Below are positions 36,254 to 49,799 of a DNA stretch of 64,000 bases, piece by piece. The notes below the pieces were generated by a model, which was given only the letters and a program-made list of their open reading frames with translations, did not search any database and was not told the origin of the DNA. The stretch is taken from NCBI GenBank assembly GCA_028534125.1, contig CM052817.1:4404001-4468000 (forward strand), read 5' to 3'. The DNA is from Lama glama (taxonomy: Eukaryota). Numbering within the stretch: position 1 is the first letter of the stretch; each line of letters opens with the position of its first letter. The position numbers and the translations under genes were made by a program.

Positions 36254-39200
36254 CCCACTTTGCGCTGTAGTTTCCTTGTTGACTGCATGGAACGTGGAAC
36301 TTTCAGAACACCGTGTCTGTGTATAGTCTCCTTACTTCTCTGGACTGCTCCCCTTCTCCATTTTTTTTCGCCTCATGAACTTCTCAATTTCAGAATCCAG
36401 CTCAAATGTGCCCTCCTTGATGACATAGTCACTGTCTTTCTCAGTATCTGTAATGACAGCTTTTGTTCTCTGCTGTTTCCCAGATAGCCAGGGTTGCTAA
36501 ACTAGTGATTTGGGGTAAGTGTTGGTTTGATGAGACTACCACCTTTTTTCTTCCTTCTAAGTCTCCCCAGACCTGAATGGGTTTTCTGTTCCTCTGGCTT
36601 TGCAATGGAAATACAGACTTTCTTCCCACCATGCAGGAAGGAGAAACAGAGTGCTGGGAGGCTTAATGCTTCGCTCTGGGGTAGACAGTGATGCAAAAAG
36701 TGCACAGTGAGCCACACCTCCCCTGCCAGCTGAAGCTGACTGTTGTTTATTTTGCTGTTGTGTGGGTAAGAGTGTCTGAAGCTTTAACAACTAGTCTTTG
36801 TAAGCAGCGCTCAACAGGGGCTTAATATTTGTGAAGAGAGCAAAGGCATCCTGCCAACCCCTCCCGGTTGGAGCTGGAGTGGAGATAATTGCAGGTTTGG
36901 AGAAGAGGGCCTTCCCGTCCCTGGGTTGCTTCTCTGACTCCAGGGCATTTGGCAGTAGAGACACGATGACTGCACAGCACCATGGCTTAGGTGGGCCCCT
37001 TGTGAGGATGCCTTTCAGCCTCATCTGTGTTGTACAGGCTTCACACTAAGCAAGCTCCTATTCCCAGGCTTTCAGAGAGTTTTAAAAGCAGAAAAGAGAG
37101 GTTTCTGATGTCAGTCTATCCTTTCCTCCGTTTTTCTTTGTTTCTCACCTCCCCACTTCCTTCCTTTCTTTCTTCCCTCTTTTCCTTCATTTTTCTCACG
37201 CTCTTAATCACTCTTTTATCTTACTCTGCTGTTCTTTCCTCACTCCTTCTGTCTTTTCAAACATTCTCTTTCTTCTCTTTCCCTCTCCCCTTCCTCCTGT
37301 CTGTCACCTCTTTTCCTCCCACTTAGCAGAGATTTGCTAAAAATTGTGTGAAGTCCCTGGCTGGTCCCTGGGGATTTGGAGATGACTCACACAGATAAAT
37401 CCTGGCCGTGGAGGGGCGTCTAGCACAGCAGGAGATGGGCACATGAGCAATGGTGTGTGGATGTGAAGTGATGACTCTTGTGGGAGGAGGGCGTGCAAGG
37501 GGCAACAGGGGCTGGGGGAGGCATCCCAAAGTCTCCACTGGGGGGAGTCCAGTGCTACCAGAAGGACCGAACGTGTAGAGAATCTGGTATTTTGCTTTTT
37601 CACTGAACATTTTATTGTCTAGCAATATTGTTTATACTTAAAAACTCCTGGGGAATATTTTAGTAGCTGAGGTGAGATTATAGGACTGTAATTAACTCTG
37701 GTTTATCTCTTTGTGTAGAATTCCTTGACCCTGTTGGGGATATTTTCCTGAGGACAAATTCCCAGTACTAAATTTCTAGATCAAAAGTCCTGAACAATTT
37801 TAAGGGCCTTGGTTCATTTTGTCAACTTGGCTGACACTCCTAGTGAGAAATCCCAGCTTTGAAGAAAGCTTGAAGATTATCAGTTTCCCTTCTTCCACTT
37901 CTGCCCAGTTTTTAGGTGATGTCTCAGTTCAGAAGCTGTATGTTGGAGTTACTCCTGATGTATCCCTTCCACTACCATTGTGAGCAGCCCAGACTCCCCT
38001 CTATTCATGGTGTTAGAGTCCCCGTGAGCTGGTGCCTACGTACCTGGCCAGGTTCCCCATACCAAGGTCGCCTTTCAGCTGGAGGAAACCACTTACCCAA
38101 GCATGCCAGGCTCCTCCCAACCGACGCCTTTCCCCCTGCCATTCGTTCTCTCTGCATCTCTTCTCTTCTTTGCCATGTGGCTAATTCCTACTCATTCTTC
38201 AAGCTCAGAACAAGCATGATTCCCCTGGTAGGGCTGGGGTGGAGGCCTCCTCTGAGCTCCCACCACCCCTGCACGCCCCTCTGTCCCAGCCCTTCCCACA
38301 CTGGAGTGCAAAGGTCTCGTGACGTCTCAGTCTCCACTGGCCTGAGAACCCTGAAGGACAAGAACTATTTCTTTTAGCCACATATGCTCTTTCCTTAAGC
38401 AAATATTTATTGCTTGTAGTTCCTTCTACAGAAAATGGCAAAGAATAAACAATGTGTAACGCTGTTGAGTATTCACCAGTGACAGGCTGGGGCTAAGCAT
38501 TTTATATACGTACCCCGGGGGTTCTCCTGGTAGCCCTATGAGGCGAGAACGATTATCCCCATTTTGTAGATGAGGAAATTAAGGCTCCGAGAGGTGAGGT
38601 CACATGGATAACAAGCGGGCAGGGGTTGGAAGCTGCACCTGACTCTGGACGTTTTGTTCTTACACAGTATTGATCCAAGGACATGAGCCGTGCTGAGCGT
38701 AAGTCGCTTTAGGTCACTGCTGTCACTGTGGAATGAATGGGCAGACTCTGACATATTCTGGCTGCTTAATTTGTGTTGAATTTTTAATAGGATATTTCAT
38801 TTCCTTCAAGGTATTTAGCGGTGATCTTTGTACAGAGTTTTTCATTGTTCATCTCTGCTGACTGCCCCTTGTGGCAGTCCAGGGACAGGCAGGGGAGAGT
38901 TACTTTTCTTTCAAATCTGTGACTTTCATTTTATCAAATCCTTAAAAATTACGTACCATAAAATTCACTGTTTTCAGTGTACATCTCTTTGGGATTTTTC
39001 ACCGACATTTCCTGCATGAAGAAAGGGAGCCCTAGGGAGCTAGGTTGTCATGTTATTTCTAAATCTGATGGTGAAAATGTTTAAAAATGTGACAGAAGTG
39101 TGTTTGATGGTGTGAACACTGGACAAGAAGTTGTAAGTTAGGAAGCCTTGGGTCTGACCTTCGTCCCTGTTGGTTGTGTGAATTTGGGAAGTCATCCCAT

Positions 39201-39655
39201 CTTCAGGCTGTGTATCCACCTGAGGTCAGATCAGACCTCAATTCCACAAGAACTGTTCATGCAAACAGGCATGGAGAGCATTGCTCTTGTAAAGCACATT
39301 TCCTCTGATGTCTTCTGAGGAAAAGTGTCCTTGTCAAATGTTCCACAAAATGAAAGAGTCTAAGTTTAGAAAAGATCAAACTCAGTTTTCCTCTTGAATA
39401 TTCATTCACATTACACATCAGTGGAGTAAAGGATCTGGGAATTGCTGTCATGAGAATGATCTTTGCTTCTCTTTAACCTAGATTTTTGTAAACTCACTAC
39501 ACCTGGGAATTGCCTCTTAGATCAACATCTACTACAACCCCTCTGGGCTGGAGTTCTAAAGGACATGGTTTTGAAAGTGCCCATTGAAAGGGAAAACAGT
39601 GCAAATTTTAGGGAAGAGAAGGAAAAAGTCATATCAGCTCTTGCTTTCTTGTGGC

Positions 39656-39690
<35 letters not shown>
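39656..39690. repeat. (TG)n microsatellite
   Basis: Directly visible. Confidence 0.9.
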
Positions 39691-39691
<1 letters not shown>

Positions 39692-40929
39692 AGATATGCT
39701 GGTTCCTGAGAACAGCAAGAGCTGGGACCTGTGGTAGCTGTGCACAGCATCTCCTGGTAGCTGGCGGAGGCGGGATGCGTGGATGTGAACATCTGATTCC
39801 AGGAGCAGAGCAGGGCGGGGCTGATCTTCTGATGCACGGCACATTAAATACCACCTTTCGGGATTAGCCTGGAAAGCCCTTTATCAGATGTGATGAGGTG
39901 ATGGCTGCCTGCGGGAGGCCGTGTTCCAGAAGCCAGGCACCAGCTGCCGCTGACTCCTGTTTCCCTGCTTTCTGGTGCCCGGGGAAGCCTGCACACCAGC
40001 GTGTCTCTCCTCCTGCGTACGCAGAGCCACGCCCCTTTCCCTGGGTCCTGGAGTATCCCAGAGGCCACGCTGAGTTCCCTCCCTGGGGATGCACAAATGG
40101 TGACTGGCTTCTATCTTGTGGATAAGAGGCAGGGTGTGGGGCCTGGAAATGACTGAGCTTGAAGCCACCTCCTCCAGAGACCCTCCTCCTGGAGAACAGG
40201 ACATGCTGGTTCCGGCTCGTCTTCCTTGGCTCGTGGCTCATGGTTCTTGTCTCCTGGCGGTGATGCCTTTTCTCTCCGTCTTCACCCGTTTATCCTTCGA
40301 GAGTCAGTTCAGGCATCCATTCATCCATCCATCCGGCCAGGCTGTGTCCAAAGTAGTGGAGATACAGCAGTGAAGAAAACAGATGAAACCTCTACCCCCA
40401 TGGCACTGAGTCTCTTAAGGAACTGCAGGGACAGCTCTAGGTGACACCATCTGTCTACATCAGTGTGCATGTAGTCGGTCCGCTGTGAGTTGTGCCTGTG
40501 GGATTACGCACCAAGCTCTGATGTCAGTGGGGCAAGTCACTTTTTAGGCGGACACGTAAATATGCGACAGGTCAGATGAACCATATGAAGCACTGCGGAA
40601 ACATCAAGTGGCAGAGGGGTGTGGGGTCTGCAGGTGGGGCAGCCACGGTGCGGGCTCTCAGGTGAGTAACACTGAGCAGAGACCTGAAGCAAGTCAGAGA
40701 GTGTGCTTTTCCAGGATGGTAGGGTTCCAGATGAAGCAGGGTCTCCCTGACGTGGTGAACATCACTCTGAGGGAAATATACCAATGCACGGAGCCACCAG
40801 ACGGTTCTGAGCAGCAGGCTGCCTGCTTTGTTTCTGCTCAGCAAGCCTTTCCTGATCCTTAGTTTGGGTGAAACCCTTCTTTTCCGGGCTTCTGCAGCAT
40901 CATCTGCCTTCCTCTCATGGCTGATACCA

Positions 40930-41160
40930 TGGGACCACTGGGACCAATCTGAGGTGCATTCTAGCTCTAGAAGTTTCCTCAGAGGGTCCTGATCCAGCTG
41001 CTCAGAGCATTAGCCAGATCAGAGTGTACCCTGTGTTAGATTTCCATGCCTGCCTCCCTCTGCCCACTTCCTCACTCTGTTTCGTGGAATCACCTCCCAG
41101 AATCACTGCTGCCTCTAAATCCTTGTCTCAGGCTCCATTTTCAGGGGAACCCCTGCAGGA
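40930..41160 (+). mobile_element. LTR16-like (ERVL) fragment
   Basis: The 3' motif gaatcacctcccag...aatccttgtctcaggctc...caggggaaccc is typical of LTR16 from recall. Confidence 0.55.
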
Positions 41161-42798
41161 CACCTCCTCATAAGCGGCGGCTATGAATCGTACCATCTGT
41201 CCACTGTCTCTCTTCCTGCCTGAGGGGTGGGGCTGAAGGGCACAGGCTGTGTTCTATCCATCACCACATCTTTCGCTAGGAGACAGTAGAAATAGTGAAC
41301 ATGCACATGGCAAAAAAATTCTCAGCCTCCCAGAAATGCAAATTAACAAATATGAATGATAACCAAGGATGCTTGGCCATTTCATGATGGAGAATTGGGG
41401 ACGTACTTTTGCAAAGCAATCTGGTTATATTTCTCAAGGGCCACAAACAAGGTTTATACCGTTTGACCAGTTGTTAAACTTCTGAGAATTTAGCCTAAAA
41501 AATAGCCCAAATTAAGGGGAAAACTTTGTGCACAAAGATGTTCACTGTAGCAATATGTATCATTGTGAAACAGTGAAAAAAACAGTGGGGGAGCAGTTAG
41601 ACAATTTATTGTGTATCCGTAAAGTGGAATATCTTGTAGCCATTTGCACATGGTTATGCAGAACGTGGAATAACTTGGGATAGGCTGACGGTAAAACGGT
41701 AAAAAGCAAAAAGGACACAATTGTGTGGTTTTTTCGCTCCTAGAGTTTGCTGCATCCTTTGCAGCCTCTGGGCCTTGGCACACCTGTTCTTTCTGCCCAG
41801 GCACTCAGCACTCGCCTGAATTATTTTCTAGATCTGAGCTTGCCTTGCCTGACCCCCAGTACGATTGGCAGCCCTTTCATTTTGCTCCCGTGGTGGACAC
41901 CCTGTGCTTGTCCTCTTTTGGAATCTCTCAAGTCCCGTGATTGGTTAAACCTCTGCCTCTCCCTGATCATCTCCAGGAAAGCACCTTTTACCCTGGTTAC
42001 TCTAGGCTCCTCCCTGGGCTTGGAGCCGAGGCAAGTGGCCAGTATGATGGGTGCACAGACAAGTGAATGGATACGTGCGCAAGGATGGAAATATAGGGAA
42101 ATGGGAGCAAAACATGAGAACAACAATGGGAGGTATTTCTGGAGGAGTTGCATTTAGTCTTTAGTCATTTAATTCTCTTTTAAAATGTCCCTAAATTGGG
42201 TTTGTTCTATTCAATAATACTGCTGTAAGAGAAATTCTTAGTCTACAAATGACCTGGTTTCTTCAACAAATGAAAGACATTAATAAGGGCGGAGGGGCCA
42301 GCACTGATTTTTAACAGACTGTAGAGAATTGTGGACCAGGTGCAGTTTGGACTTTGGGTGGATCCTGATTCCAACCAACCCACTCTAAAAGGACGTATTT
42401 GAGAGAATCAAGTAAAATTGAATGTGGTCTATTAACTGACATGAAAGAATTGATGTTAATTGGGTTTATTGGGATAACGGATTGTGATTATGTTCATCTA
42501 AAAACTCCCTAACAGAGGTTATAAACTGAAGTATGTATAGGTGAAATGATGTGATATTTGGGATTTGCTTTAAAATATTTCAGCAAAAAAAAAAAAAGCC
42601 GAAGTGTTGGAGGGGGGAAGCAGGTGATATAAGAATGCTGAAGTATTGAAAGCATCTGGGTGATGGCTGTGAGGGGGCTCTTTATGCCTTATCTTCCCTT
42701 TAGAAACAATTTAAACTTTCTATGTTAAAAGCTAGAAAGAACAAAAACACTTCCTGGCTTTTCTTTAATGACACTTACTACTTTGCTTGGCTTTTCAG

Positions 42799-42887
42799 AG
42801 TGACCGGCTCCTCATCAAAGGTGGACGGATCATTAACGATGACCAGTCCTTCTATGCCGACGTCTACCTGGAAGACGGACTCATAAA
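42799..42887 (+). CDS. CRMP1: CRMP1 exon 2 ([30 protein letters not shown])
   Basis: Pyrimidine tract and acceptor cttttcag|AGT, 89 nt, donor AA|GTGGGT. It is in frame with both first exons. Confidence 0.96.
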
Positions 42888-43427
42888 GTGGGTTGACTAA
42901 ACGGACCTTTTAAGAAGCCCACCCTACTAGGCTGCCCAGCCCTTAGCGGGGATGGAAAGCTGGCACTCTGCTCCAGAATGAATGGGACAGCTCCTGTGAC
43001 TCCCAGGGGTGGGGAGATTCATGGGGGCGCACACCATGGGTGGAGAAGGGGCTTGTGTTTGCCGTGTGCCCCGTGCCCCATGCCCGCTCCCTGCCGCGGT
43101 GCTCAGGCGGGCCACCCGGCCCACAGGGGCCGTCAAGTACACACGCTGGCCACTCTTCTGCTCTTAGAGGAGATGCTGAGGTTCACTGGCTGCTCCATGT
43201 TGCAGAATGAGTTAGGGGCAAGGCCTGGATTCCAACCTAGTATGTCTGCCTGAATTCATACCTCTTTCCCCTACCTGCCCACAATTTCTGGAATTGGGTT
43301 GAGCGGGCCAGGAGAGAAAGGAGGAAGGCCTGGCCTCCAGGCCGAGCTTTGGCATTCAGTGGGACTGCAGTTGTCCATTGCCTTCTCCCCATCGGCTGCC
43401 TCTCCTGCCCTGCTGTGACATCCCAGG

Positions 43428-43828
43428 TGTGTTAGCTCGGGCCACTGTAACACGATACCCCAGACTGTTCAGGTCATGCAACAGAAATTTCTCTCTCACA
43501 TTTCTGGAGGCTGGAAGTCCTGGATCAGGTGCTGGCAGGGTGTTTCTCCTGAGGTCTCTCTTCCTGACTGGCAGACAGCTGTCTTCCTGCTGTGTCTTTG
43601 CATGGCCTTTCCTCTGTGTGTGTGTGAAAGCTCTGGTTTTTCTTCCTCTCATAAGGACATCACCGTTCCTCTCATAAAGACCTCTTGGATTAGGACCCTC
43701 ACCCCCACGGCCTCATTTTAACTTAATTATCTCTTTAGAGATCTTGTCTCCAAACACAGTCACATTCTGAGATGTGGGAGTTCGAGCTTCAGTATGTGGA
43801 TTTAAGGGACAGAATTCAGTTGGTAACA
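43428..43828 (-). mobile_element. MLT1A/B-like MaLR solo LTR
   Basis: TG...CA termini, with ttctggaggctggaagtcc, tggattaggaccc and cagtcacattctgag blocks. Confidence 0.8.
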
Positions 43829-46800
43829 CAAGACAGCGGTTTTTACGTGGCTTCCACGTGTCGCCATCTGCCACCCAGCCCCTTCCCCACAGCCTGGCTG
43901 AGTGGAGTGGGAGGGCGTCTCGGGATCTGGCTTGGCAGCTGGAACTTGAAGGAAAGGCAGAGAGGGCATGAGCGAGGCCAAGTTCAAACAGGAATGGGGT
44001 CTATTGGTGGGACTGTCTGGGGCCACGTGTGCTCTGATGATGGTGATGATTAAGGTGAGGAGGAGGAAGAGGAGGTAGAGGAGGAAGAGGGGCTGTGGAT
44101 TGTCCTGCGCATTAAGAGACCATCTGCACAGAGAGCGCTGTGAAGGGAGGGTACCCAGGGTAGCGTGGAGCCCGTCCCTGCCTCCCTCTGCCTGTCTCCC
44201 CACCCCGAGTCCCGGGTCTGACCATTTCAAGTCCAGCTCAGACCACACCTCCTCCGTTCATCCCCTCCCCTCCCCCAGCTCCTTCTCTCCAGCTGCACTG
44301 AAAACTGGCACCAGGCACCTTTCACCTGGGAACCTTGCACCAGAGATCCTCCCCCAAAATGCCTTGCCCTTCCCCCTACTCTCCCTTCGTCCCTCTGCCC
44401 TGCAACTCCTTTTTGTCCTGTGGACCCAGCTTGTGTGGCTCCTCCTCCAGGAAGCCTTCTGGAGCCCCGGCTGCCCCCCTCCCCTGTGCTGACCCCCTGC
44501 TGTGTGCCACTGTTGGTCACAGCACTCCTCAGGCTCCTGACCAGGGGTCTTGCTTTATTGCCACCCAGCCTGGGACCTGGCACAGTGCCAGGGGTGGGGT
44601 ATAGAACCCCAAGTGTTGATGGAGTGAGCGTAACAGACAAACCCTGACACATCAGATGGTGGGGACCTCGGTCTCAGCCATGGCACAGCCTGGAACCAGA
44701 AAGTGGATAAAGGCAGATGATGGGGCTGGGGGTAAGATGCATCCAGAAGTGAGGGTTCGAAGTCACCACTGCTTAGATGAGGCACAGGCAGTCTGGGCTG
44801 AGCGTTCTGGGGTCCTGGGTGAGTTGACGTTGAGACCCCTTTCACGGGACCACCATTCCCACCAGCCACACGTGCTTGGAGGTTAGAAGGCTTGCAATCC
44901 AGGATGTGTGCAGATGGAACAAGTCCTCATCGGTTGGGCTGCGTTTATTAAGTGCTTGCTGTATGTGTGAACACCTGGAGCCTTAGGACTTACTATCCAG
45001 GGTATTCAGGAAATACGCAGTTTCCATAAGTTGAGTATTTGTCAGCTCCTCCTGGTGGGAGATGCCTCTAATCTTACCCCTGTTGCTGAAAAGCTTTCTA
45101 AGCCCTGGTGTTGTTGCTTTCCCCTCCTGTTTAGCAGAGAGGGTGACTGAATGCCTCGCAGGATCTTTGGATGGTCCTGGGGGGCACGATCCCCACTGGC
45201 GAGAAGTAGGTGTGGAAGAAGGGAGAGCCCGAGGGACCACTGGGCATCAGGAGGCTGGGTTACCTCCCTTCACTTTGATTAAACCCCCAGAATCCTCTCA
45301 TTTTGAGGCCATTTGTCAAGTTTTCCTAAAAGCTGTTGAGCCGTGTTTGTGCAGAATCTATTGTGAGCCACTGAGGGCTCCATCAGTTTGGATAGTCAAG
45401 TGCTGATGACGGAGGGCCGTTTCTCTGAATAGCGGTGAGGGAGGTGCTGGGGTCGGGCAGGTGCCTGGCTGATCCTCTGAGCTCCCCTCTCTCCTCTCCT
45501 TCCACGCGCACTCTGCTGAGAACTGTTCGGGGAGTCTGCCTCCTGATTCATCGGGGGTTCGCTGGGGGATCCAGTTTGGGGAGAATCTGCTGCTTCTGCA
45601 GAAGGGAAGCAGGGAGGCAGTTCAGCTTGGAGGGCAGAATCTGATAGCAGACTTGGGGAGACGGGGCTTGAATCCAGACCCAACACTGACTCGCTGTGCA
45701 GCCTCGGACAAGTCACCACACCACTCTGAGTTCCGATTTCCTCTTTTGCAAAATGTGACACTTACGCTCTCACGGGTTGTTGGCAAGAGATTAGAGGAGG
45801 AGGGTAAAGAGAGACAACGATCTGCCCGCTGAGAATGGCCCCGGACAAGAGAACTCGTCCCCACAGCACGGCGACCGAGTCGCAGACCTGGATCAGACTG
45901 GCGGTGACTCCACTGATTCCTGTGTGGAGGGCTGTGCCGAGTGCCTGCGCACGCGCCCATTCCGATCGAGCAGTGGCGTTTCTTTGCCAGCGCTGTGCGT
46001 TCTGAACATCACCCCGTCTTCCCTAAAAGCTAGTGCGAGCACAAATGAGGCCGTGAAGTGCTTGGGAGAGTGTCCTTCGGTCGGTGCTTTATAGCAGTTC
46101 ACCGCTCTTGTTTTAAAGCTTGAGTGAGGGTGACTTCCCTGAACCGCTTCCCTTCAGCTCCTGGCATCGGCCACGACCTTGGAGATGGACGGTGGGAGGA
46201 CTGGACAAGATTCTGTACGTGAAGATGGGAGTGATGGCCGGAGGGGGACTGGCGATCAGAGGCAGCAGGTGTACTGGCGGCGAAAGTGGCAGAACGCTGA
46301 CTTTCCCGGGGGCTCCCCAGGGCCCCGGCGCTGCGCTCTGACTAGACTGGCTTCCGGCTTCAGGGCAGACAGTGTGTGATGCCCCAGGTCTGTGGGAGTG
46401 CCCCCAAGGAGAGCCCTGGTGCCTTTGTGCCCCGACCGGCCTGGACCAGCCGAGCCCGGGGCCCAGGAGAGCGGGGAGCTTCTGCTTCTGCACCTGTGTG
46501 CGGATTCTGCCTGGGGCCTGGCACTGTGCCCCCCAAAGCTGCGTTTTCCTGTGTCTTCATTACTGATGTCTTTATCTAATTTAGAAAAACTCATACTGGG
46601 GCCAAACCCAAGAGTTCAGAACTGGATTTCTTTTTATTTTCATAAAAATTGCCCACGGTCAGCTGGTCTCCACCGGCCCTGGCCCTGGAGGGAGGCGGCT
46701 GCATCTGCCCTGGGCCGGCTGAGCCCCCCCGCTGCCCCCTGGAGACGCCCCCTGACTCCTGTTCCCACAGATAAGACACAGCTGACCCCACAGGGGTGAG

Positions 46801-47010
46801 GCTTTGAAATTCTTAGGCTCCTCCTGCTTCTCCAGCTTCTGGAGTCTTCCCTCCTCCTAGGGGAAGTTTGCAGGCGCCAAGCACAGGAGGGCGGGTCCGT
46901 GTGTTCAGGGAAGCCCTGCGGCTGCCGGTGAGTCCCCCGTGGCAGGCTGTGTGGTGTTCGCGGCCGGAGGGTAAGCGGCTTCCCTGAGGCCGGTGCTCAC
47001 GAGGCCTGTC

Positions 47011-47386
47011 TGTATCGTTTTCCCAGGGCTGACAGAACAGAGTCCCCGAACTGGGAGGTGTAAACAAGAGAGAGTTATTGCTCACAGTCCTGAAGGCTGG
47101 GTGTCTGAGGTCAGGATGCGGGCAGGCTGGCTTTTCCAGCGGCCTCCCTCCTGGCCTTGTGGACGGCCGTCTTCTCCTCGTGTCCTCTCGTGCTCTTTCT
47201 CGGCATGTCTGCGTCCTAATCGCTTCTTCTGCTAGGGACACCTGTCAGGTTGGATCAGGCCCCACCCTAACAACCTCATTTTGACCTCTTTGAAGGCCCT
47301 CTCTCCAAATATAGTTGCATCCTGAAGTGCTGGGGGTTGGGACTTCAACATATGGATTTTGGAGAGTCGGAATTCACCCTGTAGCC
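47011..47386 (-). mobile_element. MLT1-like MaLR solo LTR
   Basis: ctcacagtcctgaaggctgg, ggatcaggccccaccctaa and gggggttgggacttcaacatat blocks. Confidence 0.78.
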
Positions 47387-47860
47387 CTGTCTCTGCAGAC
47401 TTGCCGAGCTCAGGGAACTTCCCACTGTCTCACTTCCCTTGCTCACCTCTGTGTCCCCAGGGCAGTTGCCAAATGTGTGTGAAGTACTCTGAGTGACAGG
47501 CTGTTCCAAGAAGCTTTGCTGCTTGATGCAGATGCTGGTCTCGCTGCTGCTCAATTCAGCTCTCCTACTGCCTGCCCCTGGCAGCCCTTCCAGATAACCA
47601 GGCTGCTGGATCGGCCCACCCTGGGCTCCCCGCCTGCCCTCCTGAACTGGATAGTAACCGTCTGCTTACGTGTCTTTCCTCCTCGCTAGGCTGGGAGCCC
47701 CTGGAGGGCAGGGACCCTGCCTGAGTTATCTCTGTCCATGCACTGCCCTGCAGAGCATCCGTCTCAGAAATGTGTATCTAATGGAACTGAAGCTGCAGAG
47801 TTGGCCGCCATTTTGTTTTCCTTTTAAGAACCAAAGACCGTCTCTGTTGTTTGTCTCCAG

Positions 47861-48045
47861 ACAAATCGGGGAGAACTTGATCGTTCCTGGCGGAGTGAAG
47901 ACCATCGAGGCCAATGGGCGGATGGTTGTTCCTGGAGGTATTGATGTCAACACGTACCTGCAGAAGCCCTCCCAGGGGATGACGGCCGCCGACGACTTCT
48001 TCCAGGGGACCAAGGCAGCACTGGCCGGTGGGACCACGATGATCA
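47861..48045 (+). CDS. CRMP1: CRMP1 exon 3 ([61 protein letters not shown])
   Basis: Acceptor ttgtctccag|A, 185 nt, donor A|GTGAGT. It carries the amidohydrolase PGGID motif. Confidence 0.97.
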
Positions 48046-48790
48046 GTGAGTCATACCCTGGCCTTAGGACAGAGGCTGTGACTTCTCTTCCACATCCCCA
48101 GCGTCTTGAGTGACACCAAGAACTTTGCTTAAGGGCCCTGATGTGCAAGTGGCTAAAGTTTGGGAACTCGTGATATAGGTATTATTATGACAGATGGTGA
48201 AGTAGAGGCTCAGAAAGATGAGAGAAGTTGCTGAAGGCTACACAGCTGGGAAGTGGTTGTATTCGTCAGTAATGCCGTGATAATGGTGCGTGACAGACAG
48301 TCCCCAAACTTCAAGCAACACTTGTTTTTCTTATTCAAGGGTCTGCGGGGGTAGGAGCAGGACTGGAGTGGGTTTGCTTCAGGCTGTGGGTTGAGTTTGG
48401 GGAGGGCACCACGGGTCTCCCATTCTGGAACCAATGACCAGTGCAGCTATGCTCTGCTCCCAGTGGATGGCACAAGTGTAAGAGGGTCTGGCAGAAACTT
48501 GCTACTCCTCTTAGCACCTCATGTCTTCACCTACACACTGTGACTTCTGCCTTCATTCTGTTGGCCAAAGCAAGTCGCACGGCCAAGCCCAAAGTCCCTA
48601 AAATCGCATCCTGGCCACCGTGAACCATGGTGAGGGTAGGGAGGGAAGGAGGAACTGTGGACAGATAATGCCGTCTACCACAGTGGTCTGTCTGGGATGC
48701 TGGACTCTTCCTCTACTGCCCTTTGTAGCCAGCTTGTTGCATTTTTTTAATAGCTGCTTTTGTTTGGGTTCCATATTAATTAGCAACTTT

Positions 48791-48972
48791 TAAAAATGAA
48801 GTATAGTCAATTTACAGTGTTGTATTCATTTTTCGTTTATAGCATAGTGATCCAGTTACACAGATATATATATATATATATATATTCTTTTTCATATTCT
48901 TTTTCATTTTAGGTTACTACATGATACTGAATATAGTTCCTGTGCTACCCAATAAGATCTTGTTGTTTATTA
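48791..48972 (-). mobile_element. L1 3' end fragment containing an (AT)n run
   Basis: The L1 3'UTR pattern gaagtatagtcaatttacagtgttgt...tatagttcctgtgctac, with a degenerate TSD agcaa(c/t)ttt. Confidence 0.75.
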
Positions 48973-49799
48973 GTAAGCAATTTTGACTAAAGAGGCAGCA
49001 TGTTTTTGAAATGTTCAGTCAACAGTTGGGCTCCACGTCTAGGTGGCTTGTCCCTGCACTGACCACAACCCTGCCCGTCTCCCCACATCGAGGAGTTCTT
49101 CTGGAAGCGCCGCCTGGCTGGAGCTGGCCACCATGGGCAGAGCTCACGTGTCAGAGCTCCCTGTCCCTCTGAGCCGGGAGGGTATGACGAGCTCTGGGGA
49201 CAAGCACCCTCCTGGTCACTTTTCTAAAAAGTAGCCTTGTGTCTGCTGGTTGGGAAGTTGAGAGGAGCCCAGGTTTTGGACCAGGGCAGACCTGGATCGC
49301 AGTCACCAGGCTCTGTACCTATCACCACCACTCAACAGGGCACCACCGGGCAGTATTTAGCCTCTGTGAGCCTCAGCTTCCTCAGCAGGAACGTGGGCTT
49401 TGTAAGGTGACCCCCACCCCTCCCTGTACATGCAGCTCCTTGGCACAGCGCATGGCGTACAGTGTACGTGCTTGGGAAATACGAACTGGGACAGTCTGAG
49501 AGGTGGAGATGGAAGTTCCAGGCTCAGAGGACCTCTGTGGGGTAGAGGACAGATCCCTGGATGACAAATCATGATCCTGGAGTTCTCTTTTGCTCTCTTC
49601 CCATCGCCAGCTGCGAGACCCCCAGGAGACCCCTCCACCAACCCCGTGGGCCTCATTCTCCCCATCTCTAAAAGGGTGGTTTTCAAAGTGTGTTTCCTGG
49701 AACACCGAGAGCCTATGAAAGCACTCTGAGGACCACAGTTAGGAGGCATGTGAGAGGGGGCAGGAAGATTCTGAGTCCCTGCCCCATTTCTTCTTCCAG

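Noticed and set aside
42797..42800. Tandem acceptor CAGAG at exon 2
   Set aside because: Using the distal AG would shift the frame by 2 nt. The proximal CAG gives the known SDRLL sequence.
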